Shown: in pieces, positions 39,177 to 50,078 of the stretch
Numbering within the stretch: position 1 is the stretch's first letter
Layout of the letters: every line of letters starts with the position of its first letter
Assembly: GCA_964546145.1 (NCBI GenBank)
Contig: CAZJIU010000003.1
Location: forward strand, 1-57,584
Source: an uncultured bacterium
Lineage (GTDB): Bacteria > Fidelibacterota > UBA2242
Direction: 5' to 3'
Length of the DNA: 57,584 nt
Translations under genes and position numbers: made by a program
The notes under the pieces: generated by a model
The model's database searches: none
Seen by the model: the letters and a program-made list of their open reading frames with translations, nothing else
Told to the model about the DNA's origin: nothing

Positions 39177-39914
39177 TTAGCCCTCTATCCAATAGTCATC
39201 AAATAAATGAATACCGACCATTTTCTTAACTTCTGTACGAGTTTTCAACTCGCTCAAGTTACCCCTAAAAATAAGGCTTCCATGGTGCAAAATCCAGCAT
39301 TTCTGGCAGATTTTTCTAATCAAATTAAAATCATGCGAGACAACAATCACCTGAATGTCTAATAGACAGTCGTTCAAAATCGCGACCAACTGCGCTTTCC
39401 CCGTTGGCCCCATCGCAATCGTTGGTTCATCCAGAATCAATAAATCCGGCATGAGCGACATGCTCAAACAAAGGGCCAGCCGACGGACTTCGCCGCCACT
39501 CAATTCGAATCCGCATCTTGATTCAATCTCATGATAACCAACACCAAATTTTTTGAGGAAATTTACCAGGCGGTCTTTAACCTTAATGCCATCTGTCCGG
39601 TGGGCAACAATCCGGTCAACCGTATCTTGCACTCGGACACCAAGGAAGATTCTCTCCGGAAACTGGGGGGAATAGATAATCCGAGGTGCGGCAGCTGGCG
39701 ATCCTTTGAAACAAAATCTAAAATCACCGATCTGAGGATGAATAATCCCCGCCAGGATTTTACTTAAGGTTGTTTTTCCTGAGCCTGATAATCCATATAG
39801 CCCTAATATGCCCTGAAATTTGTGCGTCAGCTCCTCCATCACCAGCCGAAAAGCCATCTCAGGCTGAAAGCAGTGGCGAATACAATTTATATCCAATAGC
39901 AGTTCAGGCTTCAT
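39177..39914 (-). CDS. ABC transporter ATP-binding protein, ECF EcfA2-like (start at MKPELL)
   Basis: GLSGSGKTT, LSGGEVRRLALC, LLILDEPT, VVSHD. Confidence 0.75.
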   Translation of the reverse strand: MKPELLLDINCIRHCFQPEMAFRLVMEELTHKFQGILGLYGLSGSGKTTLSKILAGIIHPQIGDFRFCFKGSPAAAPRIIYSPQFPERIFLGVRVQDTVDRIVAHRTDGIKVKDRLVNFLKKFGVGYHEIESRCGFELSGGEVRRLALCLSMSLMPDLLILDEPTIAMGPTGKAQLVAILNDCLLDIQVIVVSHDFNLIRKICQKCWILHHGSLIFRGNLSELKTRTEVKKMVGIHLFDDYWIEG

Positions 39915-40590
39915 CGGTCCGTTTCCCGAATCGTCTAAAATAATCCTGAACCTCTCCCGCAAAAATCACCTGCCCTTGATTTAAACAGATGACATAATCC
40001 GCCAGGCGGATTTCGTGATCTTCCTGGCTGATCCAGAGAATGCTCAACTGCTCTTGACCCAGTTTTTTTACCTTCGATTGTAAATCAATTTGAGCAAAAA
40101 TGTCAAGGAACGAACAGGGCTCATCTAGGATTAAAATCTGCGGCTGACTGATCATCATTCCCGCCAGGGCCAGCTGCTGTTTCTCCCCGCCAGAAAGATT
40201 ATTAGGCGATTCAGCCCGCCGTTCAAACAGCTCGATTTCCTTCAAAGCATTTTCTACTTTTACCCTCATCATACGCGGCTCGATACCGCGGTTTTCAAGA
40301 TTAAACGCGAGCTCTCGCTCAATATTGAAATGAATCAGCTGATCATCGGGATTCTGAAACAGATAACCAAAATGAAAACCCGAGCGATTAATTACGTCCC
40401 CGGGAAATATGATTCTGCCTTGATCCGGTTTCAATAATCCGGCAATGAGCTTTACCAATGTAGTTTTACCTGAACCGCGGCTGCCAGTGATGACTACCCA
40501 GCGCTGGAGGGGAATAGATAAACTTAGATGCTCGAAAATCGGTTGGTTATTTTTATAGTGAAAAGTCAGCTCAAATAATTCAATATTCAA
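39904..40590 (-). CDS. ABC transporter ATP-binding protein, ECF EcfA1/CbiO-like, with the H-loop His replaced
   Basis: GSRGSGKTT, FQNPDDQL, LSGGEKQQLALA, ILILDEP. The H-loop position reads WISQE. Confidence 0.75.
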   Translation of the reverse strand: MNIELFELTFHYKNNQPIFEHLSLSIPLQRWVVITGSRGSGKTTLVKLIAGLLKPDQGRIIFPGDVINRSGFHFGYLFQNPDDQLIHFNIERELAFNLENRGIEPRMMRVKVENALKEIELFERRAESPNNLSGGEKQQLALAGMMISQPQILILDEPCSFLDIFAQIDLQSKVKKLGQEQLSILWISQEDHEIRLADYVICLNQGQVIFAGEVQDYFRRFGKRTDEA

Positions 40591-41870
40591 TCACTCTCCA
40601 GGATTTCTTTCACGATTCGGGCTGAAGCTCCCATATTGTCCAGAATCACCTGACGCGAAGCATGCGACGCCCGTTTGTATACTGCTGAATCAGAGAGAAA
40701 AACGCGCAGGTTACGGTAAAGACTAGCTTCGTCTTCGCAGACAAATCCGCCTCCGGTTTGCACCAATAATTCAGCCTCCCGCGAATTGTGATATTCCGGG
40801 CCAAAAAGTACTGGCAGCCCTGCAACTGCCGGCTCCATCACATTATGGACCGAACCACGAAAACCACCGCCAATGAAAGCCAACTGGGCCTGGTGATAGA
40901 GCTCAGCCAGAATCCCAATTCGATCTACCAAAACAACTCGCTCGATCACCGGATAGGCTTTTATTTTACCCAGGCGGACGCTGGCAATCCGTTCACGATT
41001 AAAATGATCTTCGAGCATTTCAAGGGCATAATCGTTTGGCTCATGGGGTGCCAGAATACAGCAAAATTGCGAAAATTCCTTAAAAATTCGAATCACTGCT
41101 GGCAACAGATTCCGTGCATCCTGTGGCCAAATACTACCCCCAATCAGCACAAAGCCAGCGCTGAAAAGACGGTTCAGATTAGCCTTCATACTGTTCCGGG
41201 CACGATCGAGAACCTGATCATAACGGGTATCACCCAGAGTCAGTAATTTGATCTGCAGGCTGCCGGTCAGATTTTTAACCGATTCACAATCCCGTTCCGA
41301 AACCGCATAGACATAATCCAGCAACCGGTACAATTCACGAAAGAAATGTTTCAGCACCGGATAAAATTTAGAGCTCTTTTCCCGAATGCGCGCCGATATC
41401 AGATAGGTAGTAACATGATGCCGCCGAGCATTAGTAATCAAGTTTGGCCAGAGCTCATAAGCGACAAAAATAATTTTCTGTGGTTTGAGTAGCTTGATAA
41501 AACGTCTGGTCCGAAAAAAACTGTCAAAGGGTAAATAGATCATTAAACTCACTTCCGCGAGTCGTCGGGCATGAATGAAACCGCTGGGAGAGGTAAAACT
41601 GGCAACAATTAAAACATCCGGCCGGATTACTTTCAGGCTCCGGATTACCGGCTTTGCTTGCTCAAATTCTCCAAGCGATGCCGAATGAACTAGATATACG
41701 GTTTTGTGGGGATACTGCTCCCGAAACCGTTTAAGATTATGCCAGGTAAGCTTTCTTCCCGAAATCCCTTTCCGGATCTTGGGATCAAAAAGAGCAAATA
41801 TCTGGAGGTAGAGAAATCCAGCCGGAACTGCCAATAAATTATATAGAATAATCCAAAAAAACGTCATCAC
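40587..41870 (-). CDS. waaA: 3-deoxy-D-manno-octulosonic acid (Kdo) transferase
   Basis: 427 aa. N-terminal anchor, HSASLGEFEQAKPVI, GT30 layout. Confidence 0.85.
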   Translation of the reverse strand: MMTFFWIILYNLLAVPAGFLYLQIFALFDPKIRKGISGRKLTWHNLKRFREQYPHKTVYLVHSASLGEFEQAKPVIRSLKVIRPDVLIVASFTSPSGFIHARRLAEVSLMIYLPFDSFFRTRRFIKLLKPQKIIFVAYELWPNLITNARRHHVTTYLISARIREKSSKFYPVLKHFFRELYRLLDYVYAVSERDCESVKNLTGSLQIKLLTLGDTRYDQVLDRARNSMKANLNRLFSAGFVLIGGSIWPQDARNLLPAVIRIFKEFSQFCCILAPHEPNDYALEMLEDHFNRERIASVRLGKIKAYPVIERVVLVDRIGILAELYHQAQLAFIGGGFRGSVHNVMEPAVAGLPVLFGPEYHNSREAELLVQTGGGFVCEDEASLYRNLRVFLSDSAVYKRASHASRQVILDNMGASARIVKEILESD

Positions 41871-42904
41871 TTGATCCTGTTTAATACGGAGCTGACTACT
41901 TGAAATATCTCACCTACACTAATGCCTTCCAAACAATACTGATGCCGGCGATAGCAGCGCCGATCACCCTTTTGCGAACAGGGTCGGCACCAGAGCTGTT
42001 TCTCAATAGTATAGCTTCCCGGGCAATGATGACCGGCGCCAGTCTCACGCGAAGTAGGCCCTAAAATTAAAATCAAAGGAATCCCCAGAGCTTCGGCCGC
42101 ATAGCTCAAACCGGTATCATTGCCAATAACAAGCGCGCTCCGCGACAAAATTGCCAACGATTCTGCCAAGGATGTTTCACCAATCAACAAAATATTACTT
42201 GCATTATTTGGAATACCAGCCTCTCGAAGAAAGTGATCCCTTTTTCCGCCCAACCAGACAGCCGGCAGATGATAGGTTTCCCAAATTCGACCGGCCAACT
42301 CTTTATATCGCTCAACGGGATACCGTTTATTGATCCAGGTGGCGATTGGTAATAATACCGCAAATGGTCCGCTTATTTGATGGTCTTTCAGGATTACGTC
42401 AGCGCTTTTAATTACCGTCTCGCTTAAAAAAATCTCTGGCAAGAGCCCTTCCGTAACTAAATCCAAAGGTGCCAATACTTTGAGATATTCACTCAGCAGA
42501 CGAAAATTTTTGGGAAACAGATTAAGATACAGATAAAATAAAAAAAAACGTTTTAATCTGGGCTTATGCAATCGAAGTAACCGCGTCTGGTGTAAATAAT
42601 AACCAAGAATGTGACTGCGAAGATTGGCATGCATGTCAAGGTAAAGATCATAACTCTCGGTTTGCAGCAGCCGACAAAGGTTAATCCAACCCGATAATCC
42701 TATTGAAGTATCGAAAGTCAATACCCGGGATATATATGGATTATATTGTAAGAGAGGCTGGAATTCTATTTTGGTTAAACAATCAATCTGAGCGGTAGAG
42801 AAGCGACCTCGGAGAGCCCTGAAAATCGGCGTCAACACCACAATATCTCCCAAAGAACTTAAGCGAATTACCAGAATCTTCAGCGTTTCTTTAACCGGAT
42901 TCAA
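41867..42904 (-). CDS. Glycosyltransferase family 9 (LPS heptosyltransferase-like)
   Basis: 345 aa. ILVIRLSSLGDIVVLTP N-terminus and IGNDTGLSYAAEALG. Confidence 0.75.
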   Translation of the reverse strand: MNPVKETLKILVIRLSSLGDIVVLTPIFRALRGRFSTAQIDCLTKIEFQPLLQYNPYISRVLTFDTSIGLSGWINLCRLLQTESYDLYLDMHANLRSHILGYYLHQTRLLRLHKPRLKRFFLFYLYLNLFPKNFRLLSEYLKVLAPLDLVTEGLLPEIFLSETVIKSADVILKDHQISGPFAVLLPIATWINKRYPVERYKELAGRIWETYHLPAVWLGGKRDHFLREAGIPNNASNILLIGETSLAESLAILSRSALVIGNDTGLSYAAEALGIPLILILGPTSRETGAGHHCPGSYTIEKQLWCRPCSQKGDRRCYRRHQYCLEGISVGEIFQVVSSVLNRIK

Positions 42905-43896
42905 CTTGTCCTGTCCTGGTTGAAATCAATAAAACCAAGCAGCGCTTGTTTCACTTCGGAATCCGGGAAAACATCCAGTGCTCTGTGGGCTTTTTCCGAA
43001 TATTCGTTTAATTTGGACCGGGCATAGTCAACTCCACCAACCTCCAAAATCAAATTATTTATTTCCTTGACATCACCCGGCTCCAGACCACGGCTGATCA
43101 GCTCCCTGATTTTCCGGCTGCGGGCTTGCGGTAACTTATTCAGCAGGAATAACAATGGCAGTGTTACCAGATTTGATTTCAGGTCACGCCCGATTGGCTT
43201 GCCCAGATTAATCTCCTTGCCAGTATAATCGAAAAGATCATCCTTTATCTGAAAAGCAATCCCTAAATATTTACCAAATTCATACAAAGCTTCGGCTTTG
43301 GTCGAATCAGTACCAACAGTCAGTGCACCCACTTTACAACTGGTCGCAAACAGCGAGGCCGTTTTCAGCCAGATCATCCGAAAATAACTCTCCTCTTCCA
43401 TACCATTATTAGAGCTCTTTTCCAGTTGGAGAATCTCGCCCGCACTAAGCGCTTCTGAGGTTCGGGATAAGAGATTCAAGAGCTCAAAATTCTGGATTCG
43501 CAGCATATTCGTCAGCGCCCGACTGAATAGAAAATCACCCATTAGCACTGCTACCTTATTCTTCCATACCGCATTCACCGAGGGCATCCCGCGACGAACG
43601 GCAGCCTCATCAATAATATCATCATGAATCAGTGTCGCCGTATGTAAAATTTCAACTAAGCAGGAAGCAACGATACTGTTCGGATTAGACTCGCCGCAGA
43701 GCTTGGCTGACAACAGTACCAGAATCGGGCGAATGCGTTTACTCTTTTGTTTCAGGATATAACGAGAAATCTCACTAATCAGGACAACTTCAGATGATAA
43801 AGCAATTTCAAACTCCCGACGAAATAGCTGCAACTCCGGATAAACCGGCTTTGAGAGTAATTCGACTGGATTGGCTATACTAACTTTCTGAGGCAT
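42901..43896 (-). CDS. Polyprenyl diphosphate synthase (IspB-like, long-chain trans-prenyltransferase)
   Basis: 331 aa. LIHDDIIDE and KDDLFD aspartate-rich motifs. Confidence 0.85.
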   Translation of the reverse strand: MPQKVSIANPVELLSKPVYPELQLFRREFEIALSSEVVLISEISRYILKQKSKRIRPILVLLSAKLCGESNPNSIVASCLVEILHTATLIHDDIIDEAAVRRGMPSVNAVWKNKVAVLMGDFLFSRALTNMLRIQNFELLNLLSRTSEALSAGEILQLEKSSNNGMEEESYFRMIWLKTASLFATSCKVGALTVGTDSTKAEALYEFGKYLGIAFQIKDDLFDYTGKEINLGKPIGRDLKSNLVTLPLLFLLNKLPQARSRKIRELISRGLEPGDVKEINNLILEVGGVDYARSKLNEYSEKAHRALDVFPDSEVKQALLGFIDFNQDRTS

Positions 43897-44662
43897 TACT
43901 ATTTGAATCAGGTTCAGCTTTTTTCATCGCTATTTTAGATACCAAAATACTGAATTCATAAAGTAAAAACAACGGAATACCCATCATGATCATACTGACC
44001 GGATCCGGTGGTGTGATAAACGCAGCAAAGATTAGAATGATGATCACTGCGTAGCGCCAGCTCTTGCGCAGAAATTTAGGAGTGACTAATCCCATCTTAG
44101 TCAGGATAAATGAAACCACCGGCATCTGGAAGATAACTCCGGCGGCAATTAAAAGCTGCAACACAAACTTGGCATAGTAGTCAATCGAAATATTTTTCTC
44201 GATTTCGGTAGTGCCAATCCCAACCAGAAACTTGATCGCAAAAGGAATTAACACAAAATAGGCAAAAGTTACCCCAGCTAGAAAAAAGATGGTCACACTG
44301 ATTACCAACCAGGGGCCCCAGCGCTTTTCGCTGGGATATAAACCAGGAGCGACAAAAGCCCAAAACTGATAAGCAATAACCGGGATGGAAAATACTATTC
44401 CCATGACTAACGCAATGCTAAATTTCAACATTAGCATTCCCTGCACTTTGAGAACCTGAATCTTCATATCTGGTTGAAGCAGACGCGCAGGTCTAAGCAG
44501 GAACTGGATGAATATGTCGGAAACCATAAAGGCAATAAAAGTAAAAATAATGATACTAAACAGGGCTTTTAGCAAGCGCCAGCGCAGCTCCTCGAGATGA
44601 TCGAGAAAGCCCATTTCGGCCATATCGTTTGCGCTGCCCCCCTTCCCTAGTCTCATTCTCAT
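43880..44662 (-). CDS. tatC: Twin-arginine translocase subunit TatC (the true start may be the internal MAEMGF)
   Basis: FLDHLEELRWRLL N-terminal signature and six TM segments. Confidence 0.9.
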   Translation of the reverse strand: MRMRLGKGGSANDMAEMGFLDHLEELRWRLLKALFSIIIFTFIAFMVSDIFIQFLLRPARLLQPDMKIQVLKVQGMLMLKFSIALVMGIVFSIPVIAYQFWAFVAPGLYPSEKRWGPWLVISVTIFFLAGVTFAYFVLIPFAIKFLVGIGTTEIEKNISIDYYAKFVLQLLIAAGVIFQMPVVSFILTKMGLVTPKFLRKSWRYAVIIILIFAAFITPPDPVSMIMMGIPLFLLYEFSILVSKIAMKKAEPDSNSNASES

Positions 44663-44684
44663 TGATACATCACTAATAACATCT

Positions 44685-44692
44685 CAAAAATA
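44685..44692 (-). promoter_or_regulatory. Candidate -7 box TATTTTTG (TAnnTTTG type) about 22 nt upstream of the tatC ORF start
   Basis: Motif match on the minus strand only. No clear -33 TTTG partner. Confidence 0.25.
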
Positions 44693-44799
44693 TATCATAA
44701 ATATAAAAATCCCATTCCAGAAAAACAGCCATTATTGAGAGTATTCAGCATTGAAGCCAACCTTTTTCACTGCGTGGATCCGGATCTGACCCCAATCAA

Positions 44800-44828
44800 A
44801 AAGGGATTGCTGACAGTGCAATCCCTTT
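44800..44828 (-). terminator. Rho-independent terminator after the Crp/Fnr-family gene (11-bp perfect stem AAAGGGATTGC / GCAATCCCTTT, 7-nt loop)
   Basis: Read directly. T-rich tail on the minus strand (CCCTTTTTG). Could also terminate plus-strand read-through. Confidence 0.7.
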
Positions 44829-44855
44829 AATTCTTTTGATTTAATCTTAAACTGA

Positions 44856-45533
44856 TTAACCGAATTCTTTCACAAATTCATCATAATTCATAACAATCAA
44901 CTTCCGCCCTTTGCGCTGAATCCAATTTTTCCGTTCTAATAATTTTAGCATGCGGGAGACGGTTTCGCGAGAGGTTCCTGCCATGTTGGCAATATCCTGC
45001 TGAAAAGGAAGACCTTCGACAATTACCTGTCCCAGCTTAATTACTCCGAGGTCTTCCGCCAAGCGAATGATGGTCATGGCAATTCGACTTTCGGCATCGC
45101 TTAGTGAAAGCCCCTCGATTTGCTGATCGGATTTTCGCAACCGAACTGCCATTTCTTGCAGCAGGGCTATGGCGATTTTCGGGTGTTTCTCGAGCAAATC
45201 TAAAAAGTCACCGCGCTTCAAGATGAATACTTCCGTATCATCCAGCGCAATGACATTAGCCGAACGGCTCTCCCCATCGAAAATTGACATCTCTCCAAAA
45301 AAATCACCCTCTCCCAGGATTGACAGAATAACTTCACGCCCCTCATCACTCATCCGGGTAATTTTAACACTACCCTTGTTCAAAATAAACAGCGTGTCGC
45401 CGGTATCCTCTTCCATGAGAATCATGTTATTCTTCTTGTAGATCCGCTTCTGTAATAATTCATAAATCTTGTCCAGGATTTCGTCCCGCAAATCGGCAAA
45501 TAACGGAATATTTTTTAATACTGTTTCATCCAT
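44856..45533 (-). CDS. Crp/Fnr-family transcriptional regulator
   Basis: 225 aa. cNMP-binding fold (GDFFGEMS) and C-terminal HTH (RETVSRMLKLLE). Confidence 0.88.
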   Translation of the reverse strand: MDETVLKNIPLFADLRDEILDKIYELLQKRIYKKNNMILMEEDTGDTLFILNKGSVKITRMSDEGREVILSILGEGDFFGEMSIFDGESRSANVIALDDTEVFILKRGDFLDLLEKHPKIAIALLQEMAVRLRKSDQQIEGLSLSDAESRIAMTIIRLAEDLGVIKLGQVIVEGLPFQQDIANMAGTSRETVSRMLKLLERKNWIQRKGRKLIVMNYDEFVKEFG

Positions 45534-45608
45534 TTTTTATTACCCTCGTCAAAAAATAGTTGGTAGGATAAAAAAATCCAAGAAAAAGTTTTTAACCAAT
45601 TAGTAAAA

Positions 45609-45959
45609 TTACTCGGATTTACCTTTCTTTTTGCCTTTGGACTGGGTCAGCTTTTTCAGGATTCCGGGAACCATTTCAAAAACTTTTGCCAGACTTCCAT
45701 CCTTCAAACTATGGACCTTGACTTCGCCTTTTTCCACGGTTATGATTGCTACTGGCTCAATAAAAGCACCGCCGCCACCGCCCGAGCTCTTATCCTTCTC
45801 ATCCTTACCCAAATTACCTCCGGCTGCAAATCCGAAGGAAATTTTGGTAACCGGGATAATCGTAGTCTCACCCACTTCTATTGCTTTACCGACGACCGTT
45901 TCGGAATCTACCAAAGATTTTAATTTCCCCAGCAGAGTATCAATCAGGTTTTCAACCAT
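45609..45959 (-). CDS. GerW/YtfJ-family protein
   Basis: 116 aa. ETTIIPVTKISFGFAAGG...GGGGGAFIEPVAIITV pattern. Confidence 0.65.
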   Translation of the reverse strand: MVENLIDTLLGKLKSLVDSETVVGKAIEVGETTIIPVTKISFGFAAGGNLGKDEKDKSSGGGGGAFIEPVAIITVEKGEVKVHSLKDGSLAKVFEMVPGILKKLTQSKGKKKGKSE

Positions 45960-45961
45960 TT

Positions 45962-46600
45962 TTATTTCTCCTTCACTTTACGAACACGTTTACGATAATT
46001 TATATATGCAAAGATAAGGATTGGAAAGTATCGAATCAAATGAATTGAAGCGTGCAGCTTAAAATTCCCCACTAATCCTGAGTGTTTAAAATCCGGTTTA
46101 ATGTTTACATTCTTGAGAAAATCAAGGGTAAACCGGAACAGGTAATAGCCCGAAAAAAATAAGCCGGCAACTGCCGGATTTGCGAACCCAACTGTCAAAT
46201 CTCCATTAACTCCCCTGAAGCGAATCGGCCGAAATGCCCGCGGCAGCATTTCTTTGGCAAAGCCAAACCAACCGGTGAGTGACATTTTTGATTTTCGCCT
46301 TTTCTCCTTCTTGGTTTTCGGTGGCTGCTCCTTCGCCGCTTTCTTACCAGCCTCTTTGGCAGGAGTATGCCGATAAACCGACAACCAAAAACCTGGTAAT
46401 CCAATGAGTATTCGCAGCAAATCCGGTTCATATATCAACCGGATACGCACAATTTTTAAAATGAAATATGCACTGAGAGCGGCTGCCTTACGTTGCCTTT
46501 CAAATTTACCGCGAGCTTCAATATAAATCGGCAAAGCCAATATCAGAATTAAAAATCCTACCAGGATGCCGATGACAATCAAGACCAGTTTAAGTACCAA
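45962..46600 (-). CDS. DUF2953 (YtfI-like) membrane protein; TTG start
   Basis: 212 aa. N-terminal TM segment, a lysine-rich linker, and a position directly upstream of the GerW/YtfJ-like gene as in Bacillus ytfI-ytfJ. Confidence 0.45.
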   Translation of the reverse strand: MVLKLVLIVIGILVGFLILILALPIYIEARGKFERQRKAAALSAYFILKIVRIRLIYEPDLLRILIGLPGFWLSVYRHTPAKEAGKKAAKEQPPKTKKEKRRKSKMSLTGWFGFAKEMLPRAFRPIRFRGVNGDLTVGFANPAVAGLFFSGYYLFRFTLDFLKNVNIKPDFKHSGLVGNFKLHASIHLIRYFPILIFAYINYRKRVRKVKEK

Positions 46601-46626
46601 TAATAGGATATAAATTGTTTTTTTCC

Positions 46627-46658
46627 TTTGTTATTCAAAGTCGAGATAAATAAATTTG
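46627..46658 (+). promoter_or_regulatory. Bacteroidota-type promoter candidate for rpsT: TTTG (46627-46630), 20-nt spacer, TAAATTTG (46651-46658)
   Basis: Matches the -33 TTTG / -7 TAnnTTTG consensus. It lies 33 nt upstream of the rpsT ATG, which also has AAGGAG at 46681-46686. Confidence 0.4.
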
Positions 46659-46690
46659 CATCCTGTTTGGAAGCTTACGAAAGGAGTTTA

Positions 46691-46945
46691 ATGAGCAAAA
46701 AGGGTTCAGTTGCAAAACGGATACGTCAAGCAGAAAAGGCCAGAGTTCGCAACAAGCATTATAAATCCCTGATGAAAACCATGATAAAAAAGGTAAAGGC
46801 AGCACCAAGTAAGGCTGAAGCCGAACCACTTTTCCAAAAAACAGTTTCAACAATTGACTCGATTGCGGGCAAAGGCATAATTCATAAAAATAGTGCTGCG
46901 AATAAGAAATCCAGACTCGCCGCCCACATCGCAAAATTATCCTGA
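46691..46945 (+). CDS. rpsT: 30S ribosomal protein S20 (start moved to MSKKGS)
   Basis: 84 aa. SVAKRIRQAEKARVRNKHYKS is the S20 N-terminal signature. AAGGAG sits 4 nt upstream. Confidence 0.92.
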   Translation: MSKKGSVAKRIRQAEKARVRNKHYKSLMKTMIKKVKAAPSKAEAEPLFQKTVSTIDSIAGKGIIHKNSAANKKSRLAAHIAKLS

Positions 46946-46958
46946 ATAATCCTCTAAT

Positions 46959-48449
<1,491 letters not shown>

Positions 48450-49952
48450 TTACTGGTTAGCAATTTCCCTTATTTGGGTGATAAAATTTAAGTCATTAAA
48501 AAATTCAGTGGCTTTTCGCAAATCTAAGAAGAGTTGACGATCTTTGCTAAGATGTTCTACTAATGAACGGATTTTTTGATAAGCTATCCTGGTTCCCTCA
48601 CCACTCAGCAAATTCTGCCGGTAATCAATTCCCTGGGCAGCAGCTAAAAATTCAATCCAGACAATCTGGCTAAAATTCTCGATGATCTGTAATAATTTCA
48701 AGCCGGCATTAGGAGCCATGCTGACGTGGTCCTCCTGATTCGCCGAGGTTGGAATATTCTGCGTGGAAGCCGGATGAGAGAGAGTTCGGTTTTCGGCACA
48801 AAGGGCTGCCGCCGTCACATGCGCCATCATAAATCCAGAGTTCACCCCGCTATTGTCAACCAAGAAGGCTGGTAAACTGCTGAGGGTGGGATCGGCTAAT
48901 GTCGCAATCCTTCGTTCGCCAATATTGCTTAATTCCGTCAAGGCAATAGCGAGATAATCAGCCGTCAAAGCAATTGGCTCAGCATGAAAATTTCCACCTG
49001 AAATTATTTGATTGTCCGCACTAAAGACAAGGGGATTATCTGTAACTGCATTAATCTCATTCTCGGCGATTTCCTCAACGAACTGGATAGTATCAAAAAC
49101 AGCCCCCATTACCTGTGGCACACAGCGAAAGGAGTAGGGATCCTGGATTTTGCTGCAATTGATGTGGGATTTAATAATTTGACTGCTTCTCAAAAAATTA
49201 CGGAGGTGTCTGGCAACGATTTGCTGACCCTTCTGGCAGCGAACTTTTTGAATTGCATCGTTGAACGGTTTGTCGGTTGCCAGAACCGCCTCAGTACTCA
49301 TTGCTGCAGCCAGCTCAGCTAATAAAAATAAATCTTTCGACTGCGCCAGAGCATAAATTAAGAGAGCCGTGGAATATTGAGTGCCATTGATCAGCGATAA
49401 ACCATCCTTCGGTCCTAAAACTACTGGCTGGTAAATCCCATCCTTAACCAGTTTGCTGGCGGCAACGGTTTGCCCCTGATATTCGACTTCACCTTCCCCG
49501 ATCAAGGGTAAACTGAGATGGGCCAGAGGAGCCAGATCACCCGAAGCTCCCACCGAACCACGCGAAGGGATGACCGGATAGATCTGCTTATTCAATAATT
49601 CAACCAGTTTTTCAATAACTTCGAGCGAACAACCACTGTAGCCCGCCGCAAGGTTATGGATTTTCAGAAACATCATTGGGGCTACAATACTAGATGGAAT
49701 CGGTTGACCAACGCCGCAGGCATGACTGCGCAGCAGGTTAACCTGCAAAGCCGCCAGTTCTTCCTCAGGTATTTTGACCGTACTCAATCGGCCAAAGCCG
49801 GTGTTGATACCATAAACTGTTTTGCCCTGCGCAATGAAATCCATCACGAGTGCCCGCGATGCTAAAATTCGCATCACTGCGGATCTGGATAGTTTGACCA
49901 CTGACGGTCTCTGTAAAAACTCGAAAACCTGCTTCAATTTCATCCGGTTCAT
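48450..49952 (-). CDS. hutH: Histidine ammonia-lyase
   Basis: 500 aa. MIO-forming GASGDLAPL. NLLRSHACGVG (the Ser-His pattern of HAL rather than PAL/TAL). Confidence 0.85.
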   Translation of the reverse strand: MNRMKLKQVFEFLQRPSVVKLSRSAVMRILASRALVMDFIAQGKTVYGINTGFGRLSTVKIPEEELAALQVNLLRSHACGVGQPIPSSIVAPMMFLKIHNLAAGYSGCSLEVIEKLVELLNKQIYPVIPSRGSVGASGDLAPLAHLSLPLIGEGEVEYQGQTVAASKLVKDGIYQPVVLGPKDGLSLINGTQYSTALLIYALAQSKDLFLLAELAAAMSTEAVLATDKPFNDAIQKVRCQKGQQIVARHLRNFLRSSQIIKSHINCSKIQDPYSFRCVPQVMGAVFDTIQFVEEIAENEINAVTDNPLVFSADNQIISGGNFHAEPIALTADYLAIALTELSNIGERRIATLADPTLSSLPAFLVDNSGVNSGFMMAHVTAAALCAENRTLSHPASTQNIPTSANQEDHVSMAPNAGLKLLQIIENFSQIVWIEFLAAAQGIDYRQNLLSGEGTRIAYQKIRSLVEHLSKDRQLFLDLRKATEFFNDLNFITQIREIANQ

Positions 49953-50078
49953 TTAATCTCTCAGCAATCTAACTCACGGTTAAAAGTTATGCATCCGCAA
50001 TCATCCAATCAAGGAAAAGCCGTGGCTTGCATCTAATCCACACATATGATATATTTTAACGAACTAATTGAGGCTATT

